From Mantamonas sphyraenae STR306 (Eukaryota > Protista > CRuMs), in the NCBI GenBank assembly GCA_026936335.1, contig JAPMXV010000029.1:620001-684000 (forward strand): 64,000 bases of DNA, read 5' to 3'. The notes beneath the pieces were generated by a model. That model made no database searches. It was not told the DNA's origin and was given only the letters and a program-made list of their open reading frames with translations. Shown here one piece after another: positions 1 through 11,383 of this stretch. Each line of letters opens with the position of its first letter. Within the stretch, counting starts at the first letter, position 1. Made by a program: the position numbers and the translations under genes.

Positions 1-377
1 TGCCGCAGCAAGACAGTGGAGACAGGAATAGTGAAGGAGCGAGTGCAGATAGCGTTGTTGTGCGTTCGATGCTTGTGATGCTGGGAGAAACTCGATCCCT
101 ACTGCGGACGGCTCCGGGGCGGGAAGAAGAGGTTGTGTTTGTACTGAGCCAGTTGGGTCAGCTGGACACGCAATGGCAGACGCTGGTCACCGTGCTAGCT
201 CTCCTGGACGACGTGTCCGAGGAGGAGCAAACACGCGACTGGTCTCGCTACGGCAGCAAGTCCCACGTGGCGTTTCTTTACCGAGACCTGTGTCTGCTTG
301 TGGCCACAGGCAGCCAGGATGTGCGTGGAGCCGTCAGCCAGCTTCTGCTCGAGTTTGGTCAGGGTCTGGGGCTGTGA
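1..377 (+). CDS. 3' end of a gene running in from the left edge; helical C-terminus resembling MON2/Sec7-family C-terminal regions
   Basis: Open frame to TGA 375-377: ...EEVVFVLSQLGQL...SHVAFLYRDLCLLVATGSQDVRGAVSQLLLEFGQGLGL*. Family resemblance is from memory only. Confidence 0.4.
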   Translation, partial: PQQDSGDRNSEGASADSVVVRSMLVMLGETRSLLRTAPGREEEVVFVLSQLGQLDTQWQTLVTVLALLDDVSEEEQTRDWSRYGSKSHVAFLYRDLCLLVATGSQDVRGAVSQLLLEFGQGLGL

Positions 378-390
378 GACAGCCGCGCTG

Positions 391-2347
391 TCAATCGGCG
401 AGTGCCATTTCGTCCTCTGCATCGCTGCCGGGGCGTGACAACAGTGAAATGTACTCTGCGTTGGTTTCGGGCTTAAGAATGATATAAGCAAGGAGGAGGA
501 GGAGAGCCACGACAGCAGGGAGCGCCACAAAAAGAGTGAGCCACGTGGCAATGCCGCCGATCTGGACCCACTCCACCAGTTGCAGGATGACAAGAAAGAC
601 GTTGAGAGTGATGATGATCGTAGCACACACCCAAGCAAGTAGGGCGATGGTTCGGCTGTTCTTGAAGGAGCGCATGAGGCGAGCGCTGCCGGTGAAACGG
701 ATGAGAGGAACAACAGCGAAAGGAAGCTGCATGGAGAGGAGCACCTGGGAAAAGATTAGTAGTTGGTAGGTGGCATTGTCTCCCATGATCATGATGGTGA
801 TCATTGCCGGCAGGATGGCTACCGCACGAGTGACCAGGCGACGAAGCCAGGGCTGCATCTTCAGCTCAAGGAAGCCTTCCATCACATACTGTCCCGCCAG
901 AGTGCCGGTTAGCGTAGAACTCTGGCCAGAGCAGAGAAGGGCCAGGCCAAACGCAATGGGGGCCACCTTGCTGTTGAGGATGACCTCGAGCAGATCATGC
1001 GCCTCTTGGATCTGCGTGACAACGTGGCCACGCGTCCAAAAGTTGGCTGCAGCTACAATGACAATGGAAATGTTGAGGAAAAATGCCACGTTGAGGGACA
1101 GAAAGGTATCGATGAGGTTGTAGCGGCAGGCCGCTGCCAAGTTGTCGTCGTTCATGACAAAGCGACGGGATTGCACGAGCGCGGAATGCAGGTAAAAATT
1201 GTGTGGCATGACGGTGGCCCCAAGCATGGCAATGGCTATGTACAGCGAGTCTGGGGTCAAGGAGGGCACGAGACCCCAGGCAATGCCTGTGAGTGAAGGG
1301 GAGCTGAAGAAAATCTCAATGACAAAGCAAAAGCCAATGACAGCCAGCAGACCAAATATGATAAACTCGAGCTTGCGCACACCAAACTTCTCCACGCTCA
1401 AGAAGATGAGCGTGTCGAGGGAGGTGAGAAGGACGCCGAGGAGCATGGGCACTCCAAAAATGAGGTTCAAGCCCATCGCGGTGCCCAGCACCTCCGCCAA
1501 ATCTGCGGGCCATGGTAACACGTGGAGGGGTCAGAACTACGACGACCAACGGCATAGTGCGGGTGCACACAGACTGCACTCACCTGTGGCGGCAATGGCA
1601 ACCTCGCAGAGAATCCACAAGGTGACACAGACCGAGTGAGAATACTCGTCGCGACAAAGGCGAGCCAGATGTTTGCCCGTGACCAGTCCCAGACGTGCTG
1701 CGAGATTCTGCAGCAGAAGGGCGATGAGATTGGACATGAGCAGAACCCAGAGAAGGGAGTAGCCGAAGCGAGATCCTCCCTCGATATCAGTTGCCCCTGG
1801 AGGTGAAGGCAGTGCACAGGAACACACGGGAAATGCACAGAGTGCTGAGTGTCAGCTGCGGATCTGTGAAAGGACTGAGGGACAGGCTGTGTGCACGTAC
1901 AGTTTCCTGGATCAGCGTCTGTGGGCCGTCAGCGACAAAGGGGTCAGAGTTTACGCGCCATCAAAGGGCACAGGGCTTCGGTGTGAGGCTCACGTACATG
2001 CAACGCTTACCAGGAGTCCTGGTCCGAGAAAATCCATCAACTTCCTCCAGTTGAAGCTGGAGGGACGCCGGAAGGAGCACGAAAGGGTGAGCGAGTGGCA
2101 AGGAAACGGACGGCTACACGGTGTGTTGGGGCACAAGAAACGGACGGGCAGCCACGTGCCTGTTGGGAGCATCGGAAAAGGTGACGTCGACTCTCCGATG
2201 ATCGTCGTCTTGCAACTCGCGGCGCAAATGAAGCATGGCGTCCTGCATCTGGGCGGCTGGCGACGCCGGAGGCGACGAGGCCGGTGACGAGGGAGCAGAC
2301 AACGATTGCGCCTGGATGTGGATGGCGCGGTCGTGAGAGCCAACCAT
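391..2347 (-). CDS. NRAMP: NRAMP/MntH-family divalent metal transporter, 5 exons (approx. 2347-2160, 2056-1998, 1918-1901, 1796-1584, 1502-391)
   Basis: The spliced product reads [37 protein letters not shown]...DLAEVLG...GATVMPHNFYLHS...GQSSTLTGTLAGQYVMEGFL, all NRAMP signatures. Splice phases were checked by hand. The start codon choice is tentative. Confidence 0.95.
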
Positions 2348-2426
2348 GGGATGGGGTCCGTGGGGATTGGTGGACAGGGATGGGATTTGCTTGCACCGCG
2401 AGCGGGGAGGCAGCTGAAAACGCGCC

Positions 2427-4544
2427 ATGAGCTCGTCCGGTCACCAGTTGCTCGAAGACATCGTCAAGCTCACCCTCCGAGCGTTTTACAGCGATGCGGA
2501 ATGTATGGTGGTGGACGGCCTGCTGCGAGAAACCAGTCAACAGTACGTGGGAAGAGGACGGAAACGGAGACACGCCCCAGATTGAGGTCTCGAGCGAGCC
2601 CTCAATGCGCCAAACACGCGCTGAGACTGACAAACTCACCGGTGAACACTGCTGTGCTTTGTGGCCACACACTCACTCAGGTATGCCGTCAAGCATGAAG
2701 ACCTTGCCAAGGCCGTGGGGCTGGGCAAGAAGCAAACGAACGAGATCCTCGTTGATCTCATGCAGCACAAGCTGGTGAAATTGTAGGTGGAACGCCACGT
2801 GTGCCCTCGCGCAGGGGTACACGCTCAGAGAGACCCCGTGGAGGCATGCACACGGCGGCCAGAGACTGACACGGAAGCCATGCAGCGAGTCGCGGAAAGG
2901 GAAGCTGCAAACTGACGAAGAGATCAAGCAGGCGGTGGAGGAGCTGGAGGCAAAGGACAAGGCGAGATGGAAGAGAAGTTGAATCCGGTCAATGTGCAAG
3001 TGGATTTGAACAATTACGATGGACGCGCGCTGCATCGAACGGCAAAGCGCAGAACAAGGAGGACGTGGCGCGGGCCTCCCGAGAAACTGTGGTACATCAA
3101 CTACCCGCACTTTGTGAATGTGGTGCGGTGGCGTATCTACAGGATGGAGAAGGAGATTGAGGAGCAGATGGCCATGCTGCACACACACCAGACGTACCAG
3201 TGTCCAACCTGTGCGGCCAAGTTCACCGTGGAGGAGGCGCAGATGTGTCTGAACCCAATGCGTGGCGTGTTTGAGTGTCTCCATTGCGGCAGCGACCTTG
3301 AGGAGAACCGCAAGGAGAAGAAGGCCGAGCGCAAACTGCTGGAGCGCCAACAGGCGCTCAACGAACAACTGCACACGCTCAAGAGCAAACTGGTGGCCAC
3401 AGAGAAGTATACCATTGCACGGGAGCATGCGCACTTCCGCTACATGGTCAAGAGCAAGAAGGAACGGGAGCAGGAGGTGGAGGAGCACAAAGAAGCGTTG
3501 GCGAGTTTTCGCACGCGGCAGGATGCACGTGCAGCACGATACAAGAGCGGCATGGGCACAGGATTTGACTATCTCAACGACGTGGGCACAAACCTGCAGG
3601 TGGAGGTGGAGTTGGATGGCGCTTTCAACGCAGCGTCGCTTCTGGCAGGCACACGCTCCACGTACGACCTGGCCCGCAGCTCGACGAGGACGAAAAAGGG
3701 TGCAACCTCATCCTCGTCTTCATCATCATCAGCGGCGGGATCGGCACAGGGGCAAGGGTCTGGCAAGAGCATGGACGTTGAGGATGAAGAACGCAACAAT
3801 CTGCCGCGATGGCTGCAGCACGTGGAGGACAAGGACGAGCACACAGGTGGAGGACAAAAGGCACAGGATGAGGCACCGCGTGATGGGGCGGACGAAGAAC
3901 ACACGCCGTTTGCAAAGGTGGAGGAGGAAGAGGAAGCGCTGAGCGAGGCGGAACGGCAGAGGATCTACATGGAAGCGTACATGGCCCAGCTGTATGAAAT
4001 GCAACAGGAGCAAGCAGCAAAGGAAGCAGAGGAAGCCAGGCGCAAGGAGGCGGCAGAGCGAGCAGAGAAGCGTGAGCAAGAGCTGTTTGGAGACGACAGC
4101 GACGACAGCGACGATGACGACGATGAATTCGAAGGGGTGGGCGAGGGAGGCGGTACGGATTGGGAGGACGAAGAGAGTAGCAGCGACGAGGAGGACGACG
4201 GGGAGGCAGTGATGATCCAGGTAGGAGGACAGCCTGTGCGATTGTCGCGGGTCACTCGAGAGGACCAGGAGCGCATGAGCAACGAGGAGTACATGGAATA
4301 CTTTCGCAAGTTGGAAGAGGTGCGCTTTCAGGCTCTGGAAGGGGACGATGGTGAGGAGGAAGACGAGGAGGAGGACGAGGAGAACGACAACGGAGACGCA
4401 GCAACCAGCGCGGCAGACAAGGATCACGAGGCCATGCTGGCAGGAAAGTACGACAATGACGACGATGATGATGATGATGATGACGACGACGACGACGATG
4501 AATTTGTGAGTGTATTGGACACGAAACGGCAACGAATTGGGTGA
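2427..4544 (+). CDS. GTF2E1: General transcription factor TFIIE large (alpha) subunit; 2 introns; apparent 1-nt frameshift near 2960
   Basis: N-terminal winged-helix-like LTLRAFY...WYINYPHFVNVVRWRI. Zn ribbon YQCPTC...FECLHCGSDL. Acidic C-terminal region with IQVGGQPVRLSRVTREDQERMSNEEYMEYF. Confidence 0.9.
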
Positions 4545-4564
4545 AACACTGTGTTCAAGGCAAA

Positions 4565-5881
4565 TCACTTGCCATGGATGGCCTGGAGAATGGTAGCCAT
4601 GGTGCCAGTGACCATGATGAGGATGGCAATGACGACAAAGACGACGATGACGATGTTGCTGAAGGTCTTGGACCAGCCAAAGACACCGACACGATGGATC
4701 ATGGCGGCGGGCATGATGAACATGATCATGACTGCGAGGAGGGAACCGACGAGACCAAAGACGAGGCCGACGTCGGGCACAAACAAAGCCAGGAGCATGC
4801 AAACGATAAACATGCCAATGGTGATGCCGTAGAAGCGGGTGTTTTCCATCTCGGAGGTGGGCTGGCCCTTGAAGGCGAGGGAGATGAGAGCAAGGCGTGC
4901 AGTAAAGTTGACCATTGGATAGGAAAAGATGCAGGTGATACCGATGCAGAGGCGGCCAATGTTGGCCAGGACGTTGTCTTCGCCGTAGTTTTGGCTGATG
5001 TCTGCCTTGGTGGCCGTGCCAAACTGCATGTAGCCAAAGGCGGCGGTGCTGGTGTAGAGGACGCCACAGATGGCCAGGGTGACGAGAATGACCTTGTTGA
5101 GGCGAGGAAGGGTCGGAGAGCGCAGCTCGGCATAGACCGGCACGGCGAGGACGTGGCATTGGAATGCAAAGCAGATGACGGGCATGGCAAAGAAAAAGTC
5201 TGGAGTGGGATTGAACTGTACCACGCTGGGTTCATACGCGGCGTGGACGCCGATGTAGGCGGCACTACTGTAGATGACAAAGCCGACGGTGTAGGCGGCG
5301 GCGAGGATGGCCAAGGAGGAGGTGAAGCCGAGAACCTTGACCTGCTTGAGACAGGTGAGGGGAAAGGTGAGGAGAGTGCTGAGGAAGGCAATGATGAACT
5401 TGCGCTGGACAAACAGGGAGCCCGCCGGGAAGAGGAGACGTGCAAGTGGCGTGAATGTGTCGCCAATGATTGTCAGGTAGGCGACACATGCACCAATGAG
5501 GTAGAAGAGGAGAACCAGTTGGCAGACGAGGCCCCATTGCGGACCAAGAATGCGTCCGACGAGCTCGTGGTAGCTGGGCGGGAAGTCGGTGCGAGTGGCA
5601 AACTGGGACAAGACCCAGAGGCCGGCGTAGCTGAGGATGATGAGAAAGACAGTGACCACGATGCCCGAGAGCAGACCTGTGGACTCAAACGCCCGCGGGA
5701 AGGCGAGGATGCCTGCTCCGATGGCGGCATTGGCCAGGTTGAAGGTGCTGTTTGCAACCGAGGCATGCCCACGGTCGAGAGCGGCGGTGTGATCCAGGAT
5801 GGGGTCATACTTGCCAGCCGAGACGTAGCCCATGCGAGCACGGTCGCCTTGGTTGCCCTGTTGGATGTTTCCCTTTTCCAT
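4565..5881 (-). CDS. Amino acid transporter, Aa_trans (SLC38/AVT-like) family, intronless
   Basis: STFNLANAAIGAGILAFPRAF, FAFQCH and FGYMQFG motifs; about 11 hydrophobic segments. Start set at the Met that does not overlap the catalase gene. Confidence 0.92.
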   Translation of the reverse strand: MEKGNIQQGNQGDRARMGYVSAGKYDPILDHTAALDRGHASVANSTFNLANAAIGAGILAFPRAFESTGLLSGIVVTVFLIILSYAGLWVLSQFATRTDFPPSYHELVGRILGPQWGLVCQLVLLFYLIGACVAYLTIIGDTFTPLARLLFPAGSLFVQRKFIIAFLSTLLTFPLTCLKQVKVLGFTSSLAILAAAYTVGFVIYSSAAYIGVHAAYEPSVVQFNPTPDFFFAMPVICFAFQCHVLAVPVYAELRSPTLPRLNKVILVTLAICGVLYTSTAAFGYMQFGTATKADISQNYGEDNVLANIGRLCIGITCIFSYPMVNFTARLALISLAFKGQPTSEMENTRFYGITIGMFIVCMLLALFVPDVGLVFGLVGSLLAVMIMFIMPAAMIHRVGVFGWSKTFSNIVIVVFVVIAILIMVTGTMATILQAIHGK

Positions 5882-5954
5882 GCGTTGGGGATTCTTCAGA
5901 AGGTACGCGAGTGGAGTGTTTGAAGTGGCCCCGCGGCGGCCACGCAATTTCTCC

Positions 5955-7967
5955 ATGGACGCATACAAGTACACGCCGAGCAGCGCTTACGACTCGCAGC
6001 ATTGGACGACGAACCAGGGTGAGTGAAGATGGGAGGACGGGTGGTGTTGTGTGCGTGCGGAGAAGAGGCGAAGGGAGAGTGCACAGCTGCTGACGCGTGT
6101 GCAGGCCACCCTGTGTTTGACAACAACAACTCGTTGACGCTGGGTGCACGTGGACCCGTGCTGCTCGAGGACTACCACCTGATCGAGAAGCTGGCGCAGT
6201 TTGACCGCGAGCGCATCCCCGAGCGTGTGGTAAGTTTCGTTCGGGCGGACGCGAGGTTTTCGGAGGCGGCCACTTTTTTCCCCTCCCTGTTCCCGGGTGT
6301 GTGTTTGCCGAGTCGAATGATGACTCGTTGCGGCATGCAAACACTCGCCACGCACAAAAGGGGCGACCTGGCTGACAGGTGTTGTATGTGTGCGACGTTG
6401 GGTGGACATGGACACACAGGTGCATGCTCGTGGCGCCGTTGCCAAGGGCTACTTTGAGGTGACCAAGGATGTCAGCGACCTGACCTCTGCCGACTTTCTG
6501 CGCGGCGTAGGTGTGCAAACGTGAGTGGAAACGACGTCTGTGTGTGTGCTGTAAACAGTGAACGGGTGTGTGTGCACGTGCCGTTGTGCACACGGGGAGA
6601 AGTGGGCACCGTGGCGACATGAAACTGGGGAAGAGGGCCAGGGTTGAATTTGTTGCGCGCCGTCTCATGGTGCCTGAGGAGGGTGCACACACACACAGTG
6701 CAGAAGCACGGGGGACAGACTGTGCATACTGACACACTGACACACACCATGTCTGGCTTTGCGCAACTGTAGGCCTGTGCTTGCGCGCTTTTCGACGGTG
6801 ATCCACCCCAAGGGCTCGCCTGAAACGCTTCGCGATCCGCGTGGTTTTGCTGTCAAGTTCTACACGCGTGAGGGCAACTACGACCTGGTGGGCAACAACA
6901 TGCCTGTGTTCTTCATCCGCGACGGGATGAAGTTCCCGGACATGGTGCACTCGTTCAAGCCAAACCCGCGCAACAACCAGCAAGAGTCGTGGCGCTTCAT
7001 GGACTTTCTGTCGCACCACCCAGAGTCGTGCCACATGCTGACGTTCCTCTTCCACGACGCAGGCATCCCCATGGACTACCGCCACATGGACGGCTTTGGG
7101 GTGCACACGTTTGTGTGGATCAACGACCAGGGCAAGGAGACGTTTGTGAAGTACCACTGGAAGTCGACTGCGGGCGTGGAGTACCTGCTGGACGACGAGG
7201 CGGTGATTGTGGGTGGGAAGAACCACTCGCACGCCACGCTGGATCTGTACAACCACCTGGAGAGCGGCCACGAGGCCGTTTGGACGCTGCACGTGCAGAC
7301 CATGGAGCCGGAGAACCAGGAAAAGTACGACTTTGACCCGCTGGATGCCACAAAGACTTGGCCCGAGGATGAGTTCCCGCTGTATGAGGTTGGCCGCATG
7401 GTGCTCAACACAAACACGGACAACTTTTTCAACGAGAACGAACAGGTGGCGTTCTGCCCCGGGGTGGTGGTGCCGGGCATCACCTACTCGGACGACAAGC
7501 TGCTGCAGACACGCATCTTCAGCTACAGCGATGCACAGCGATACCGCCTGGGAGCCAACTATCTGACGCTGCCTGTCAACGCTCCCAAGTGCCGCTACCA
7601 CAACAACCACCACGAGGGCGTCATGAACACGGTGCAGCGCACAGAGGAGGTCAACTACTTCCCGTCGCACTACGACTCGGCTCGCCACAGCGAAAAGTGG
7701 GCGCTCCGCTCCAGCGTGTACAGCGAGGGTCGCACGCGCCAGAAGCTGCCCAACGAGAACAACTTTGCGCAGGCCGGCGAGCGCTACCGCAGTTGGGAGG
7801 CACCCGAACAGCAGCGCTTTATCATGCGCATGGCTGCCAACCTGAACCACCCCAAGTGCAAGCCCGCCGTGCGTGCCATCTGGCTCGAGTACTGGAGCAA
7901 GTGCGACGCCTCTCTCGGTGAGGCGCTGGCCAAGATTGTCAGCATCCGTGGGATGAGCAAAATGTGA
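5955..7967 (+). CDS. CAT: Monofunctional heme catalase (plant-like clade 1), 4 exons (5955-6018, 6105-6229, 6420-6520, 6773-7967), C-terminal PTS1-like SKM
   Basis: [16 protein letters not shown] (distal His), [21 protein letters not shown], proximal [14 protein letters not shown] junctions keep the frame. Confidence 0.97.
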
Positions 7968-8077
7968 GCGAGAATGAAATGGGTTTGTGCATGCACGCAC
8001 CTCATGATGATGGTGGACAGGGCGGCCACGCGAACACCAGCCAACAACAACAACCGTTCCCTAGTGAATTGCTCGCC

Positions 8078-11000
8078 ATGAGCTCGAGCGTAGAACGGCA
8101 TGACATGTTGCCACTGACAGTGTCTTCGTCGGTGCAGTGTGACTCGTGCTCCAAGTTCATCTGGGGGGTCACCAAGGCGAAAAAGGCGGCGCTGGAGTGC
8201 AGCAAGTGTGGCTTCATCGTGCACAAAAAGTGTGGCAAGACGTTGGACGATGGACTGGAGTGTCGCGGAGAGTCGGGACGGGTACGTGGTCGTCGTGTGT
8301 GTGTGTGTGTGGCAGCGCATGTGTGCAAGTGTCCCCGCGCCTGCCCAGGGTGGCCAGTAGACAATTGTTGCCTCAAAAGGGCCGCCCAGTCCTCACACCG
8401 TCTCGCTGACAACCAACCTGTGTGCCTGGACACAGAAACGCGCCGGCCAGGACGATGAGACCATCATGGCAGCCGGCGAAGGCATGGACCACATCTGGAA
8501 GACCAAGGATTTGACAGGACCCACGTTTTGCGAGTGTGAGTTTTTCGTCCCTCTCCAGGGCTTCTCCGCTCGACTCCCTTTGTCGCTCATCGTGCCTTTG
8601 CAGTGCCATTGCTAACACATCGACGTTGTACGGGCGCCGTGCAGACTGCAACCAGTTCATTTGGGGTCTTGCCAGGCAGGCCAAACACTGCACAGGTGCG
8701 TTCGCTTGTCCAGCCAGACGTCTTGGGACACAAGATGGCAGCAGAACGGTCCCCGGTTTCCAGCCTCCCCGTGCTTTTTTGGCCTTGTTCAACATCTCCA
8801 CACACGCAACACATACACACGCACGTGAAGCCCCATGGTGCTCCGTTCACAGGGACATCTTCCCTGTCACATTCGCCATGATGATGCACAACGAGGCCTT
8901 CTGCCCCAACCCATTCACACCCTGGCTTGCTGCCCTTCCCCCACCTGCGTCTCACAGAATGCAAGATCATCGTGCACAAGAGATGCGCCAAGGATCTCGC
9001 CACACCGTGCCAAGGCAAGGAGCAGAAGGACGAGGGTGGCGACAGCGACGACGAGGACGAGGTTCCCACGTACGTCAAGCCCAAGGCGCCCATCCCGTTC
9101 CCAGTGTGCGTCGACCCGGTGTCCATTGCAGAGACGATCATGCTGCGCGAAACACAGATCATGTACTTCTCCCCTCGCCAGGAGATGCCCATGATGGGCA
9201 CTCTGTACCTCACGAACTACCGCCTCTTTTTTGTGGAAACCAACCTGGGGCCAGCCAAGTACGACGACGACGAAAGCTCCCTCGACTACGTCAGCGACAG
9301 CGAGGATCTCACAAACTACTCCGTCAGCAGTGCAAGCTCGTTTTCCATCATGGAGTCCATTCCCGAGGGCGAGATGCCGCCAAAGCCCACCGTCATGGTC
9401 AGCGAAAGCGACGAGGACAGCTCCGTCGACGGCAGACCCAGTCTCGAGGCTCCGCCTCCGCCCGTACCGCCTCGAAAGTCCCTCCTAGCCAAACAGAAGG
9501 CTGAGGAGGAGGCTGCTGCAGCTGCTGCCGCTGCCGCCGCAGAGAGTGGCGATTCGGGCCAAGAAAACGAGGAAAGCACACCCAAGAAGCCCCAGCGCAA
9601 GGCTCCCAGACCACCGCCAGCTGACGACGAAGAGAAGCAAGAAGAGGGCGAGGGCGAGGAGGTGCCCGTGGAGCTGAAGATCCAGTCGCGTGGCCGAGCC
9701 ATGACCTTCCAGAACAGTCTGTCATCTAGCTCGCCCCTGCACGAAAAGACGGCCTTTGACGAGGACGGACCCAGTGGCAGCGGCGACTCGGACCTGTTTT
9801 TTGCCAGCTCAGGTGCTTGGATGAGCCGCAGCGACGAAAACCAGGTCATGGTGGCCATGAGCGAGACGTTCATGCCCGTGACTATGATTCTGCGTGTGGA
9901 AAAGACAGGCGCCAAGAATCGGTTCAGCAACAGCGATCGCATGATCGAAGTGCACGGCAAGGACTGTCGCGTACTGCGCTTTGGCTTCAAGCCACACAGC
10001 AAGTCGCGCAGGCGTGTGCGCTACCTGCTCCTCAAACAGGCTTTCCCCTCGGACATCAAGCAACTGTTTGCATTCGCTCCCGTGCCAAACACCGCTTCTC
10101 TGTCGCCCCAAGAAGACGGGTGGAACGTGTACGACGCCGTGCGCGAATTCACCCGCCAGGGCATCGACAACTGTCCGGCCTGGACCTTCAACTGGGAGAT
10201 CAACGTGGATTTTTCCTTCTCTCCAACATATCCTCGCACGCTGGTGGTGCCTTCCGAGGCTACCAACGACATTCTGGTTGGCTGCGCAACCTTCCGCTCA
10301 AAGAGCAGGCTGCCGGTCCTGTCGTGGATCAACCCGTCCAACTCGGCGACCATCACGCGCTGCAGCCAGCCCTTGTGTGGCCTGGTGCGACACCAGAGCG
10401 AAGAGGACGAAGCCATGCTGAAGCTCATCCGCGACGCCAATCCACGTGGTGAGAAGCTGCAGGTGTTTGACTGCAGACCCCTCATCAACGCCACGGCAAA
10501 CACAGTCAAGGGAGCCGGATACGAGGACACCGACAAGGTGTACACCATGTGCGACATTGAATTCCTGGACATCGAGAACATCCACGTCATGCGCGAATCC
10601 ATGGCCATCATGCGCAACGCGTGCAGCACAGAGCAACGCAGACGACGTCTCCAAGTTCCACGCCGAAGTGGAGAACAGCGGCTGGCTGACCCACCTGAGC
10701 CTTGTGCTCAAGGGAGCCCTCAAGGTGGTGGAAAAGGTGCAGGACGAACGACGAAGTGTGCTCGTACACTGCAGCGACGGGTGGGACCGCACCTCCCAGA
10801 TCTGCTCCTTGGCTGAACTTTGCCTGGATCCGTACTACCGCACCATTGTCGGGTTCCAGGTACTCATCGAGAAGGAGTGGATCAGCTTCGGCCACAAGTT
10901 CCAGGACCGCCTGGGCCATGGTATGGAGGAGACCGAAGAGCAGAGTCCTGTGTTTCACCAGTTCATCGATTGCGTGTGGCAGCTGCTGCAGCAGTTCCCA

Positions 11001-11345
11001 CAGCACTTTGAGTTTAACCAGTACTACCTCATTGCCATTCTCGACGAATTGTATTCGTGCAGATACGGCACCTTTTTCTGCAACAGCGAGCGCGACCGCG
11101 CCGCTCTGCATCTCAACAGCCTCACCACGTCCCTGTGGACGGACCTCAACTCCCTCCACCTCAGCGACTCGTTCCGCAACAATCTGTACCGCCCGCCGCC
11201 GCGTGGCAAGCGCGTGGTGCTCAAGCCTATCTCCAGCCCCAAGCGGATGCAGGTGTGGTTCTCCTGGTTCAACCGCTACGACTTTGCGTTGCAGACAGAC
11301 GGACGTGCTCAGCTTGCATCAGTGCTTGTGGAAGACTTGTTTTGA
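8078..11345 (+). CDS. Myotubularin-family phosphoinositide 3-phosphatase with two N-terminal C1 zinc fingers and a split PH-GRAM-like region; 3 introns; frameshift near 10628
   Basis: Catalytic VLVHCSDGWDRT, plus LIEKEWISFGHKF, SPVFHQFIDCVWQL and FRSKSRLPVLSW. C1 patterns H..CDSCSKFIWG..CSKCGFIVHKKC and H..CEYCNQFIWG..CTECKIIVHKRC. Confidence 0.92.
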
Positions 11346-11383
11346 GCGGGGGTTTGTTGGTTCAATTCTCTTCTCAGCTCTGT

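Noticed and set aside
4541-5923. 460-aa ORF antisense to the amino acid transporter (and similar long shadow ORFs at 5805-8000, 31480-33762, 25803-26993)
   Set aside because: These mirror real GC-rich genes on the other strand, contain no recognisable motifs, and are expected from codon bias.
2426-5957. Overlapping CATG start codons shared by divergent genes (2426-2429 and 5954-5957), each in frame with the minus-strand gene
   Set aside because: CATG is self-complementary and C before ATG is common here. The extensions look non-coding and would leave no promoter space, so this is probably chance.
391-7967. NRAMP plus catalase as a metal/oxidative-stress cluster
   Set aside because: They are separated by unrelated genes (TFIIE, transporter), and there is no shared motif or other evidence of functional clustering.
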